The notes beneath the pieces were generated by a model. That model did not search any database and was not told the origin of the DNA. It saw nothing but the letters and a program-made list of their open reading frames with translations. Of a DNA stretch of 64,000 nt, positions 38,492 to 50,811 are shown piece after piece. The position numbers were made by a program, and so were the translations under genes. Origin of the DNA: Eledone cirrhosa (taxonomy: Eukaryota); NCBI GenBank assembly GCA_964016885.1, contig OZ024748.1, forward strand, positions 44,516,001-44,580,000, read 5' to 3'. Within the stretch, counting starts at the first letter, position 1, and every line of letters starts with the position of its first letter.

Positions 38492-41400
38492 TTAAACTTT
38501 TCAGTACAAGGTGTAGTAGTAGTAGTAGTACTAAACATTTCAGTACAAGGTGTAGTAGTAGTAGTAGTAGTAGTAGTAGTACTAAACTTTTCAGTACAAG
38601 GTGTAGTAGTAGTAGTACTAAACATTTCAGTACAAGGTGTAGTAGTAATAGTAGTACTAAACTTTTCAGTACAAGGTGTAGTAGTAGTAGTGGTACTAAA
38701 CTTTTCAGTACAAGGTGTAGTAGTAGTAAGAGTAGTACTAAACCTTTCAGTACAGGGTGTAGTAGTAGTAGTATTAAACTTTTCAGTACAAGGTGTAGTG
38801 GAAGTACTAAACTTTTTAGTACAGGGTGTAGTAGTAGTAGTAGTACTAAACCTTTCAGTACAAGGTGTAGTAGTAGTAGTAGTACTAAACTTTTCAGTAC
38901 AAGGTGTAGTATTAGTAGGAGTAGTACTAAACCTTTCAGTACAGGGTGTAGTAGTAGTGGTAGTACTAAACCTTTCAGTACAGGGTGTAGTAGTAGTAGT
39001 ATTAAACTTTTCAGTACAGGGTGTAGTAGTAGCAGTACTAAACTTTTCAGTACAAGGTGTAGTAGTAGTAGTGGTAGTACTAAACCTTTCAGTACAAGGT
39101 GTAGTAGTAGTAGTGGTAGTACTAAACCTTTCAGTACAAGGTGTAGTAGTAGTGGTAGTACTAAACCTTTCAGTACAAGGTGTAGTAGTAGTGATAGTAC
39201 TAAACCTTTCAGTACAGGGTCTAGTAGTAATAGTACTAAACCTTTCAGTACAAGGTGTAGTAGTAGTGGTAGTACTAAACCTTTCAGTACAAGGTGTAGT
39301 AGTAGTAGTAGTACTAAAGCTTTCAGTACAGGGTGTAGTAGTAGTAGTACTAAACCTTTCAGTACAGGGTGTAGTAGTAGTAGTACTAAACTTTTCAGTA
39401 CAAGGTGTAGTAGTAGTATTAAACTTTTCAGTACAAGGTGTAGTGGTAGTGGTTGTACTAAACTTTTCAGTACAAGGTGTAGTGGTAGTGGTAGTACTAA
39501 ACCTTTCAGTACAGGGTGTAGTAGTAGTAGTAGTAGTAGTACTAAACTTTTCAGTACAAGGTGTAGTGGTAGTAGTAGTACTAAACTTTTCAGTACAAGG
39601 TGTAGTGGTAATAGTAGTAGTAGTATTAAACCTGTCAGTACAAGGTGTAGTAGTAGTAGTAGTACTAAACCTTCCAATACAAGGTGTAGTAGTAGTACGA
39701 AACCTTTCAAAAGAGGGAAATGGATCAGTAGAATAGTAAGAAAAAGGAGTAGTAGGAGGGTGGTAAAAACGCCAATCAGTACAAGTATTAGTTGTATTAG
39801 TATTAGTAGTAGTAGTGGGGGTTTTGAAAAAAGGAGTACCACTAGTAGTAGTAGTAGTGGGGGTTTTGAAAAAAGGAGTACCACTAGTAGTAGTATTGTT
39901 TTTGGAAAAAAGAGTAGTATTACGAAACCTTTTAAAAGAGGGAAAAGGATCAGTAGAACAGTAAGAAAAAGGAGTAGTAGGAGGGTGGTAAAAACGCCAA
40001 TCAGTACAAGTATTAGTTGTATTAGTATTAGTAGTAGTAGTGGGGGTTTTGAAAAAAGGATTACCACTAGTAGTAGTAGTAGTAGTAGTGGGGATTTTGA
40101 AAAAAGGAGTACCACTAGTAGTAGTATTGTTTTTGGAAAAAAGAGTAGTATTACCAAACCTTTCAAAAGAGGGTGTAGTAGTATTACCCAACATTTCAAA
40201 AGAGGGTGTAGTAGTAGTACCAAACCTTTCAAAAGAGGGTGTAGTAGTATTACCAAACCTTTCAAAAGAGGGTGTAGTAGTATTACCCAACCTTTCAAAA
40301 GAGGGTGTAGTAGTATTACCAAACCTTTCAAAAGAGGGTGTAGTAGTATTACCAAACCTTTCAAAAGAGGGTGTAGTAGTATTACCCAACATTTCAAAAG
40401 AGGGTGTAGTAGTAGTACCAAACCTTTCAAAAGAGGGTGTAGTAGTATTACCCAACATTTCAAAAGAGGGTGTAGTAGTAGTACCAAACCTTTCAAAAGA
40501 GGGTGTAGTAGTATTACCCAACATTTCAAAAGAGGGTGTAGTAGTAGTACCAAACCTTTCAAAAGAGGGTGTAGTAGTATTACCAAACCTTTCAAAAGAG
40601 GGTGTAGTAGTATTACCAAACCTTTCAAAAGAGGGTGTAGTAGTATTACCCAACCTTTCAAAAGAGGGTGTAGTAGTATTACCCAACATTTCAAAAGAGG
40701 GTGTAGTAGTAGTACCAAACCTTTCAAAAGAGGGTGTAGTAGTATTACCCAACATTTCAAAAGAGGGTGTAGTAGTAGTACCAAACCTTTCAAAAGAGGG
40801 TGTAGTAGTATTACCAAACCTTTCAAAAGAGGGTGTAGTAGTATTACCAAACCTTTCAAAAGAGGGTGTAGTAGTATTACCCAACCTTTCAAAAGAGGGT
40901 GTAGTAGTATTACCCAACATTTCAAAAGAGGGTGTAGTAGTAGTACCAAACCTTTCAAAAGAGGGTGTAGTAGTATTACCAAACCTTTCAAAAGAGGGTG
41001 TAGTAGTATTACCAAACCTTTCAAAAGAGGGTGTAGTAGTATTACCCAACATTTCAAAAGAGGGTGTAGTAGTAGTACCAAACCTTTCAAAAGAGGGTGT
41101 AGTAGTATTACCCAACATTTCAAAAGAGGGTGTAGTAGTAGTACCAAACCTTTCAAAAGAGGGTGTAGTAGTATTACCAAACCTTTCAAAAGAGGGTGTA
41201 GTAGTATTACCAAACCTTTCAAAAGAGGGTGTAGTAGTATTACCCAATATTTCAAAAGAGGGTGTAGTAGTATTACCCAACATTTTAAAAGAGGGTGTAG
41301 TAGTATTACCCAATATTTCAAAAGAGGGTGTAGTAGTATTACCCAACATTTCAAAAGAGGGTGTAGTAGTATTACCCAATATTTCAAAAGAGGGTGTAGT

Positions 41401-42097
41401 AGTATTACCCAACATTTCAAAAGAGGGTGTAGTAGTATTACCAAACCTTTCAAAAGAGGGTGTAGTAGTATTACCAAACCTTTCAAAAGAGGGTGTAGTA
41501 GTATTACCAAACCTTTCAAAAGAGGGTGTAGTAGTATTACCCAACATTTCAAAAGAGGGTGTAGTAGTAGTACCAAACCTTTCAAAAGAGGGAAAAGGAT
41601 CAGTAGAACAGTAAGAAAAAGGAGTATTAGGGAGAGATTTGTTAAGAGGAGTAGTAGGAGGGTGGTAAAATCGATTATCAGTACAATTATTATTTATACT
41701 AGTAGTAGTAGGGGTAGTAGCAGTAGTAGTGGGGGTTTTGAAAAAAGGAGTACCACTAGTAGTAGAAGTAGTAGTAGTGGGGGATGTTTTGAAAAAAGGA
41801 GTACCACTAGCAGTAGTAGTAGTATGCTTGTAAAGGGAGGAAAAAGAAGTAGGAAGAGGAGTAGTAGAAAGGGGAGTAGTAGGAAGAGGATAGTTGAAAA
41901 GAGAAGTAGTAGGAGGAGGAGGGGGGCGGTAAACACGAAAATCTGTACAAGTATTAGTATTAGTGGTAGTAGTAGTGGGGGATTTCAAAAAAGGAGTACC
42001 AATAGTAGTATTAGTAGTAGTAGGGGTTTTGAAAAATGAACTAGCAGTAGTAGTAGTGGTGGTGGTAGCAGCAGCAGTAGTAGTAGTAGTAGTAGTG

Positions 42098-42142
<45 letters not shown>

Positions 42143-42157
42143 CTAGTGGTAGGGGCT
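24674..42157 (-). repeat. 17.5-kb (ACT)n-based compound repeat array; Thr-rich frame gives PSFERFG(T)n, PCTERFS(T)n and GTPFFKTP(T)n units; candidate giant exon
   Basis: The Thr frame is open over 42157-37048, ~36900-30188 and most of 30005-24893. Frame breaks occur only at G runs. The array begins at a polypyrimidine/CAG acceptor (42158-42190). The repeat is certain; coding status is uncertain. Confidence 0.9.
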
Positions 42158-42371
42158 CTGAAAATTAATTTAAAAAAATACAAAAAAAAACGATAATGAA
42201 TAAACATGAAAATGTAAATAGATGAATATAAATATTCATTTATTTACATGTTGTTGTTGTTGTTGTTGTTGTTTAGAGCCCTGATTGATCAGACCTAGGG
42301 TTAAAATATGTCCCAACTGTTGATCATAGTAAGTACTGTCTCTATGTTTTATATTTTATTATCAAACAGAA

Positions 42372-42566
42372 ATAGGTGGTGTTTTGGCAGTATCGGTAGA
42401 CGGGTCGGCCGCCATGCTTTGACGCAAAGAGTTACGGCCCTTTCCATTCTGAGTTCAAATCCCGCTGAGGTTAACTTTGCCTTTCATCCTTACGGGGGTC
42501 GATAAAATAAAGTACCAGTAATGCACTGGGTAATTGCTGGCCTTGTGCCAATAGTAGAAACAATTA
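42372..42566 (+). mobile_element. tRNA-derived SINE family B (other copies: 44120-44330 -, 44440-44620 -, 47235-47435 -, 48584-48772 -, 56770-56900 +)
   Basis: TGGCAGTATCGG (A-box-like) and GAGTTCAAATCC (B box), then ctttgcctttcatccttacgggggtcgataaaataaagtaccag and ctggccttgtgcc. Confidence 0.8.
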
Positions 42567-42602
42567 TCAAACAGAAGTATATGTTAATGGAAATAGTTTA
42601 AA

Positions 42603-44098
42603 CTCTTTAGCATTTACACCGGCCGTATCTGGACAGAAGATCCTCACCTCTTTCTGTTCAAACCAGCCATAACTGGCTACTCATACTGATGTTGAGGTAT
42701 TGTCCTCAAAATAAATAATATCAAAATCTCATAGATTCAATATTATGTGAGGTAAAGCCTTTACTGTGACAATACAATAGTATATATAGAGTAATGTAAA
42801 TGTTATGTGAGATATTATGTGAGGTAAAGCCTTTACTGTGAAAATACAATAGTATATATAGAGTAATGTAAATGTTATGTGAGATATTATGTGAGGTAAA
42901 GCCTTTACTGTGAAAATACAATAGTATATATAGAGTAATGTAAATGTTATGTGAGATATTATGTGAGGTAAAGCCTTTACTGTGAAAATACAATAGTATA
43001 TATAGAGTAATGTAAATGTTATGTGAGATATTATGTGGGGTAAAGCCTTTACTGTGAAAATACAATAGTATATATAGAGTAATGTAAATGTTATGTGAGA
43101 TATTATGTGAGGTAAAGCCTTTACTGTGAAAATACAATAGTATATATAGAGTAATGTAAATGTTATGTGAGATATTATGTGAGGTAAAGCCTTTACTGTG
43201 ACAATACAATAGTATATATAGAGTAATGTAAATGTTATGAGATATGTGAGGTAAAACCTTTACTGTGAAAATACAATAGTATATATAGAGTAATGTAAAT
43301 GTTATGTGAGATATTATGTGGGGTAAAGCCTTTACTGTGAAAATACAATAGTATATATAGAGTAATGTAAATGTTATGTGAGATATTATGTGAGGTAAAG
43401 CCTTTACTGTGAAAATACAATAGTATATATAGAGTAATGTAAATGTTATGTGAGATATTATGTGAGGTAAAGCCTTTACTGTGACAATACAATAGTATAT
43501 ATAGAGTAATGTAAATGTTATGTGAGATATTATGTGAGGTAAAGCCTTTACTGTGACAATACAATAGTATATATAGAGTAATGTAAATGTTATGAGATAT
43601 GTGAGGTAAAACCTTTACTGTGAAAATACAATAGTATATATAGAGTAATGTAAATGTTATGTGAGATATTATGTAAGGTAAAGCCTTTACTGTGAAAATA
43701 CAATAGTATATATAGAGTAATGTAAATGTTATGTGAGATATTATGTGAGGTAAAGCCTTTACTGTGAAAATACAATAGTATATATAGAGTAATGTAAATG
43801 TTATGTGAGATATTATGTGAGGTAAAGTCTTTACTGTGGAAATACAATAGTATATATAGAGTAATGTAAATGTTATGTGAGATATTATGTGAGGTAAAGC
43901 CTTTACTGTGACAATACAATAGTATATATAGAGTAATGTAAATGTTATGTGAGATATTATGTGGGGTAAAGCCTTTACTGTGAAAATACAATAGTATATA
44001 TAGAGTGTAATGTAAATGTTATGTGAGATATTATGTGAGGTAAAGTCTTTACTGTGAAAATACAATAGTATATATAGAGTAATGTAAATGGTAAAGGG
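42603..44098 (-). mobile_element. TTAA-type MITE of the same family as 21581-21902, with internal 72-bp tandem array (~19 units, 42741-44090)
   Basis: Ends are ctctttagcattta and taaatggtaaaggg|TTAA. Unit (minus) acagtaaaggctttacctcacataatatctcacataacatttacattactctatatatactattgtattttc. Subterminal aatctatgagattttgata is shared with 21779-21797. Confidence 0.85.
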
Positions 44099-44744
44099 TT
44101 AAAATACTTCCAATAATGATTTCTACTATAGGCACAAGGCCAGCAATTTAGGGGGTGGAGGAAAAGAATCTATTAAATCAACCCCAGTGTATTACTGGTG
44201 CTTTATTTTATCGACCCTGTAAGGATGAAAGGCAAAGCTAACATTGGTGGGATTTGAACTCAGAACGTAAAGGGCCGTAACTATGGTGCAAACATGGTGT
44301 CTGACGCTCTACACTATTCTGCCATCCTTGCTGGGATTTAGACTCACAGTGGAACGAATACTTCAAAGGATGTTCTAACGAATCTACTAATTCCACACCT
44401 TATTAATTAAACAGCTAAACTAAAATATAATTGTTTCTGATTTAAGCAGAAGGCCAACAATTTTGGGAGGGGGAGAATTAATTAAATTGACCCCAGTAGT
44501 GATGAAAGGCAAAGGTAACCTCAGCGGGATTTGAACTCAGAACATAAAGGGCCGTAATTCTATGCTGCAAAACATGGTGTCTGACACTCTACCGATTCTA
44601 CTGCCAATCCACTGCCCTAATAATTCCGACAACCAAAGAGAGAAAGATGAAATAAAATGTGGCATTAGGAAGGGCATCCATTCATAGAAATCATTCCAAA
44701 TATGAAAAAGATACCGTATTTCCAGGTGTCGAAGATGCTACTTT

Positions 44745-44982
44745 TTTCCCTAAAATAAGTCTCAACGCTCAGAGTTGCTGAAGCATGGAACAAACTACCT
44801 GCATCAGTTGTTAGCTGTCGAGACACTGCATCCTTTAAGGCCTCCATGCTTCCCGAGATCCGCCAACAGAACAGCTAACACATACACACATGTACTTCCC
44901 TGACATTTGTGTATTATTCTATGTACTATATTGACGAGTTGTAGTGCACCTGAGCACTTTACACAATAATTTCATTATTATC
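44745..44982 (+). mobile_element. 3' fragment of a CR1/L2-like LINE; inverted copy of its tail at ~45110-45160
   Basis: Translates to TLRVAEAWNKLPASVVSCRDTASFKASM (the RV...WN.LP..VV C-terminal motif) and ends in cattattat. Reverse complement of the tail is at 45110-45160. Confidence 0.65.
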
Positions 44983-46409
44983 ATATTAAAATCTACCAGG
45001 AGTCCTAGAGGCTGAAGGTTGTTTTTTTTTTGTTTCTTTCAAGTTTCTGGTTGTCAAAATTAGGGTGCATCCTCGAGGACGAAGTGTCTTCAGCGCCGGG
45101 AAATATGGTAATAATAATAATAATGAAATTATTGCGTACAGTGCTCAGGGGCACTACAACTATGGTAAAATTGAGGTCAAATTGACCTGTCGGCTCGAAG
45201 ACCATCACAACCTCTCCAACCAATGTCAGCTTGGAAATGAGACTCTCAGAGGAGATGATGAAGGATACAGCGAGGGGAGAGATGCTGTGCTGAAAAGGAC
45301 ACATCCAACCCATGCAAGCGTGGAAAAAACAGACGTAAAAACGATGATGATGATAACATTTGAATTGGGATGCCGTCAGATGAGATTTTGGTTTTGCCTG
45401 ATTAACAAAACTGATGAGTGGAATCGGGTTGGAGTCAGGTCTATGACACTAATAGGGACCCTGAGCCATCCACCTGTGAAACATATGTAACTACGTATAA
45501 TCAATAAAGACCTTAACGAGAGACCTTACTTTGTTTTTAATATACATATATACTTAAATATATATATATATATACTTATATATATATATACTTATATATA
45601 CTTTGTAATATACTTGTTATTTTACATTGAGTTGTTCTCATACTTGAAATTAGATAATATTTAATATTACCCACATGTTATATATATATATATATACGCA
45701 TATATACTTAAATATATACGTACATATATATATATACTTAAATATATACGTACATATATATATATACTTAAATATATACGTACATATATACTTAAATATA
45801 TACATATATATATATATACTTAAATATATACATACATATATATATACTTAAATATATACATACATATATATATATACTTAAATATATACATACATATATA
45901 TATATACTTAAATATATACATACATATATATATATATATACTTAAATGCATACATATATATATATATACTTAAATACATACATATATATATACTTAAATA
46001 CATACATATATATATATACTTAAATATACACACATATATATATACTTAAATATACACATATATATACTTAAATATATATATATATATACTTAAATATATA
46101 TATATATATATACTTAATATATATACTTGAATATATACATACATATATATATATGTATGTGTATAAATATATACACACACATGAACACAAGCACAGAGAG
46201 AGATACATCACACACACTGATATATAAATACACACTCCACACACACACACACACACAGACACACACACACACCGTACTGTTATCTTCTACTTCATTTCCT
46301 TACTGTGAGAATCCTAACAAGTCTATGAGATAAGACTGGAAATCTCCACAGGAATGGTTAATGTCACTCAAGATGGCGGTGGAGTTCTATGGATGTTCCA
46401 TGTTCCTTT

Positions 46410-47210
46410 GGTGGTGGCGGTGATGGTGATGGTGATGGTGGTGTGGTGGATGCAGTGGTGGCGATAGTGGTGGTGGCGGCGGTGATGGCGGTGGTGGTGA
46501 TGGCGGTGATGGTGATGGTGATGGTGGTGTGGTGGATGCAGTGGTGGCGATAGTGGTGGTGGCGGCGGTGATGGCGGTGGTGGTGATGGCGGTGATGGTG
46601 ATGGTGACGGTGGTGTGGTGGATGCAGTGGTGGCGATAGTGGTGGTGGCGGTGATGGTGGTGGTGGTGATGGTGGTGGTGGCGGTGATGGTGATGGTGAT
46701 GGTGGTGGTGGTGTGGTGGATGCAGTGGTGGCGATAGTGGTGGCGGTGATGGCGGTGGTGGTGATGGTGGTGGTGTTGTTGATGATGGTGGTGGTGGTGT
46801 GGTGGTAGCAGTGGTGGCGATAGTGGTGGTGGCGGTGATGGCGGTGGTGGTGATGGTGGTGGTGTTGTTGATGATGGTGGTGGTGGTGGTGGTGATGTGG
46901 TGGCGATAGTGGTGGTGGCGGTGATGGTGGTGGTGTTGTTGATGATGGTGGTGGTGGTGGTGTGGTGGTGGTGGTGTGGTGGTAGTGGTAGTAGTGGTAG
47001 TGTTGTTGATGATGGTGGTGGTGTTGGCGGTGGTGGTGGCGGTGATGATGATGGTGGTGGTGGTGTGGTGGTGGTAGTGTTATTGATGATGATGGTGGTG
47101 GTGGTGTGGTAATGGTGGTGTGGTGGTGGTGGTAGTGTTGTTGATGATGATGGTGGTGGTGGTGTGGTGGTGGTGGTGAGGTGGTGTGGTGGTGGTGGTG
47201 GTGGTGGTGG
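46410..47210. repeat. (GGT/GAT)n compound microsatellite
   Basis: ggtggtggcggtgatggtgat... with longer-period internal duplication. Confidence 0.9.
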
Positions 47211-48479
47211 CATGGAGTGTTGTGTAATATTTTCAATAATGGTTTAAGATTTAGGCACAAGGCCAGCAATTCTGGGGGAGGGGAAAGTTTATTAAATCGA
47301 CCCCAGTGCATCACTGGTACTTTATTTTATCGACCCCGTAAGGATGGAAGCTAAAGTTAACCTCGGTGGGATTTGACCTCAGAACGTAAAGGGTCGTAAC
47401 TCTATGCCATAAAACATCTTAGATGCTCTACCAGCATTGTCATGTGACCTCTATTATTGGAGGTGGGGGCGTGTATAGATTCCAGTAGGTAAAATAACAC
47501 ACATATATACACATAGGTACACATACATACGTACACACACACATACATACATTCATACATACACACGTACATACATACATACGTATATAGACATACGTAC
47601 ATACACATACATACATACACACGTACATACATAGACACACGTAAATACACACGTACATACATACATAGACACATACACACACACACACATTCGTACATAC
47701 GGATATACACACACACATGTACACATATATACACACACACATACCACGCACACATACACACATACACGTACACACATACATACACACACACATGTACACA
47801 TATACACCCATGCATACACACAAACATACACACAAACATACACACACATACACTCAGATAGATATACAAAGATGGACACAGACACAGGCACACACATACA
47901 AACATATGCATAGGTACACACAGAAATAGACACATATACAGATGGAGACATCTAAACACACACACACACACACAGATACTCACACGCACATGCAAATGCA
48001 CAAGGGAAATAGACACACACAGGTACAGAAACACATATATATATATACACATACAAACACAAAGAAATAGACACATGCACAGACACATAGATATATGCAT
48101 ACAAACATACATACATACAGACACATAGATATATACATACATACATACACATAGATATATACATACAAACATACATACATACAGACATACATACATACAG
48201 ACACATAGATATATGCATACAAACATACATACATACAGACACATAGATATATGCATACAAACATACATACATACAGACATACATACATACAGACACATAG
48301 ATATATACATACATACATACACATAGATATATACATACATACACAGAATGTGTGCATATTAATACAGTTATTCAGTTGATATGATTGAAATGTCAACAGG
48401 TAGAATACCTGAGATTAGAGATTAGAGATTAAGAGGTATGTATTAGAATAACAAACAACACATGCCTCTCAATATAGAC

Positions 48480-49993
48480 CAGCGGTCGCCGACTGGTGAT
48501 CTGTGACCCTCTGGTGGCCCGAGAGAAAATTTTGGTGGTCTGCAGAAAAATGTGAACATTATTTGCAATTTTTGTTTTATAAATAATTGTTTCTACTTTT
48601 TGGCACAAGGCCAGCAATTACCCAGTGCATTACTGGTACTTTATTTTATCGACCCCGTAAGGATGAAAGGCAAAGTCAACCTCAGCGGGATTTGAACTCA
48701 GATCGTTAAGGGACGTAACTATGCTGGAAAGCATGGCATCCGACCCTCTACCGATACTGCCAATTCACCGCCTTTTGTTTTATAAATAATAAAACAAAAA
48801 TAATATTCAGTTAAAATATATTCTATAACACCCCACCACCCTAAAAATGTTTCTCCTCAGTAAAGAACCAACATCCATGAAAGAATTTTACACATATGTA
48901 TCATCTATCGACAATATGACATATGTACACTTCAGTATTGTTTAATAAAATGGAAGCTCTCTGATCATTATTTTACATATATGTATCATCTATCGACAAT
49001 ATGACAATATGACATATGTACACTTCAGTATTGTTTAATAAGATGGAAGCTCTCTGATCATTATTTTACATATATGTATCATCTATCGACAATATGACAT
49101 ATGTACACTTCAGTATTGTTTAATAAAATGGAACTTCTCTGATCATTATTTTACATATATGTATCATCTATCGACAATATGACATATGTACACTTCAGTA
49201 TTGTTTAATAAAATGGAACTTCTCTGATCATTATTTTACATATATGGAGGCACATGGCTTAGTGGTTAGAGCATTGGCCTTGCAATCGAAAGGTTGTGAG
49301 TTCAATTCTCAGACCGGGTGATGTGTTGTTTCCTTGAGCAAGGCACTTTATTTCACATTGCTCCAGTTTACTCAGCTGTAGAAATGAGATGATAGGGACT
49401 GGGGTCCCTATCATTCCACTGTAAAGTGGTCGTGGAGGTGCCATGGCAAAAAGCACCCAGCACTCACTGTAAATGAGGTTGGTGTTAGGAAGGGCATCCA
49501 GCTGTAGAAATCAAGCCAGAATCAGTTCCCGTCCCACCCTTGCGAGCAGGGAAAAGTGGATGTAAAATGATGATGATGATGATGATGTATCATCTATCGA
49601 CAATATGACATATGTACACTTCAGTATTGTTTAATAAGATGGAAGTTCTCTGATCATTATTTTACATTACATATATGTATCATCTATCGACAATATGACA
49701 TATGTACACTTCAGTATTGTTTAATAAAATGGAAGCTCTCTGATCATTATTTTACATATATGTATCATCTATCGACAATATGACAATATGACATATGTAC
49801 ACTTCAGTATTGTTTAATAAAATGGAAGCTCTCTGATCATTATTTTACATATATGTATCATATATCGACAATATGACATATGTACACTTCAGTATTGTTT
49901 TCAACATTGACCATTAATTCATATTAGTGGTCCACGTGATTTAAAAATTATGAATTTAGTGGTCTGTAAGGTCCGAAAGATTGGCAACCAGTG
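48480..49993. mobile_element. Old hAT-type non-autonomous element with nested SINEs and an 85-bp tandem array (48885-49900)
   Basis: Imperfect TIRs cagcggtcgccgac / attggcaaccagtg. Flanks atatagac (48472-48479) and gtattgac (49994-50001) match 6/8, as for an eroded 8-bp TSD. 85-bp period (tcatctatcg at 48901, 48986). Confidence 0.6.
49246..49587 (+). mobile_element. Full-length SINE family A inserted into the 85-bp array
   Basis: A box TGGCTTAGTGG, B box GAGTTCAATTC, RTE-like middle, cccacccttgcgagcagggaaaag and (GAT)n tail. It splits one unit at catatat|gtatcatc. Confidence 0.92.
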
Positions 49994-50001
49994 GTATTGA
50001 C

Positions 50002-50245
50002 GGCATTGGTATGGACATATGATGTGCATGGAAGATAACTGCTGGGTAAAGAAGTGCCAAGAAATACTGGTGGAAGGAAGACGCAGTTGAGGAAGACCAG
50101 GAAAAACATGGGCAGAGGTGGTGAGAACTGACCTCAGATCACTGACGCTCACAGAGGAGTGTGATGAATGGAGAGATGCTGTGCTGAAAAGGACCCATCC
50201 CACCATTGCAAGCAGGGAAAAGCAGATGTAAAATAATGAAGATGA
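50002..50245 (+). mobile_element. 3' fragment of the RTE family at 2694-5936
   Basis: Aligns by eye to 5705-5936 (tggtatggacat...aagaagtgcca...gaggtggtgagaac.gacctcagatc...gagatgctgtgctgaa...gcaagcagggaaaagca). Confidence 0.85.
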
Positions 50246-50811
50246 GTTCTCTTTAAACCAGTGTTTACATTACTCAATATTTACTATTGTATTTTCTCAG
50301 TACAGGCTTTACCTCACATTACATTTACATTACTCTATATATACTATTGTATTTTCTCAGTACAGGCTTTACCTCACATAACATTTACATTACTCTATAT
50401 ATACTATTGTATTTTCACAGTAAAGGCTTTACCTCACATAATATCTCACATAACATTTACATTACTCTATATATACTATTGTATTGTCACAGTAAGGGCT
50501 TTACCTCACATAATATCTCATATAACATTTACATTACTCTATATATACTATTGTATTTTCACAGTAAGGGCTTTACCTCACATAATATCTCACATAACAT
50601 CTCGTATACGAGAGACGTGTGTTGACGTGTGTGAACAAGCTCGGCTACCGAGTCGGATTTACTTACTCAAAAAGTGAGTTTTGATTAATTTTTTTATACT
50701 GTAATATACGTTAACCCCTTGCCTTGGTCGTCAAACTTTGAGTTTATTTATTTTCGCCCCTTTTTGGGGCGAATTTTCCAGTTAAAAATTTATTACGGCA
50801 AACTAATAGAA

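Noticed and set aside
26080-42039. Very long poly-Val, poly-Ser (plus) and poly-Leu (minus) ORFs
   Set aside because: These are alternative frames of the (GTA/ACT)n array. Only the Thr frame is tied to splice sites and unique coding sequence.
46364-47314. His/Pro-rich ORFs suggesting a histidine-rich structural protein
   Set aside because: The ORF start lies inside a SINE B copy, the body is a GGT/GAT microsatellite open in several frames, and I found no signal peptide or convincing splice sites.
49246-49320. tRNA gene call for SINE heads (also 1985-2055, 9543-9610)
   Set aside because: A and B boxes are present but there is no closing acceptor stem or poly-T terminator, and the sequence continues into a SINE body.
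50536-50600. 65-bp target-site duplication around the Tx1 (versus 56245-56309)
   Set aside because: The two copies differ at two positions, and the similarity is expected from the tandem array. A 7-bp deletion is simpler for an intact young insertion.
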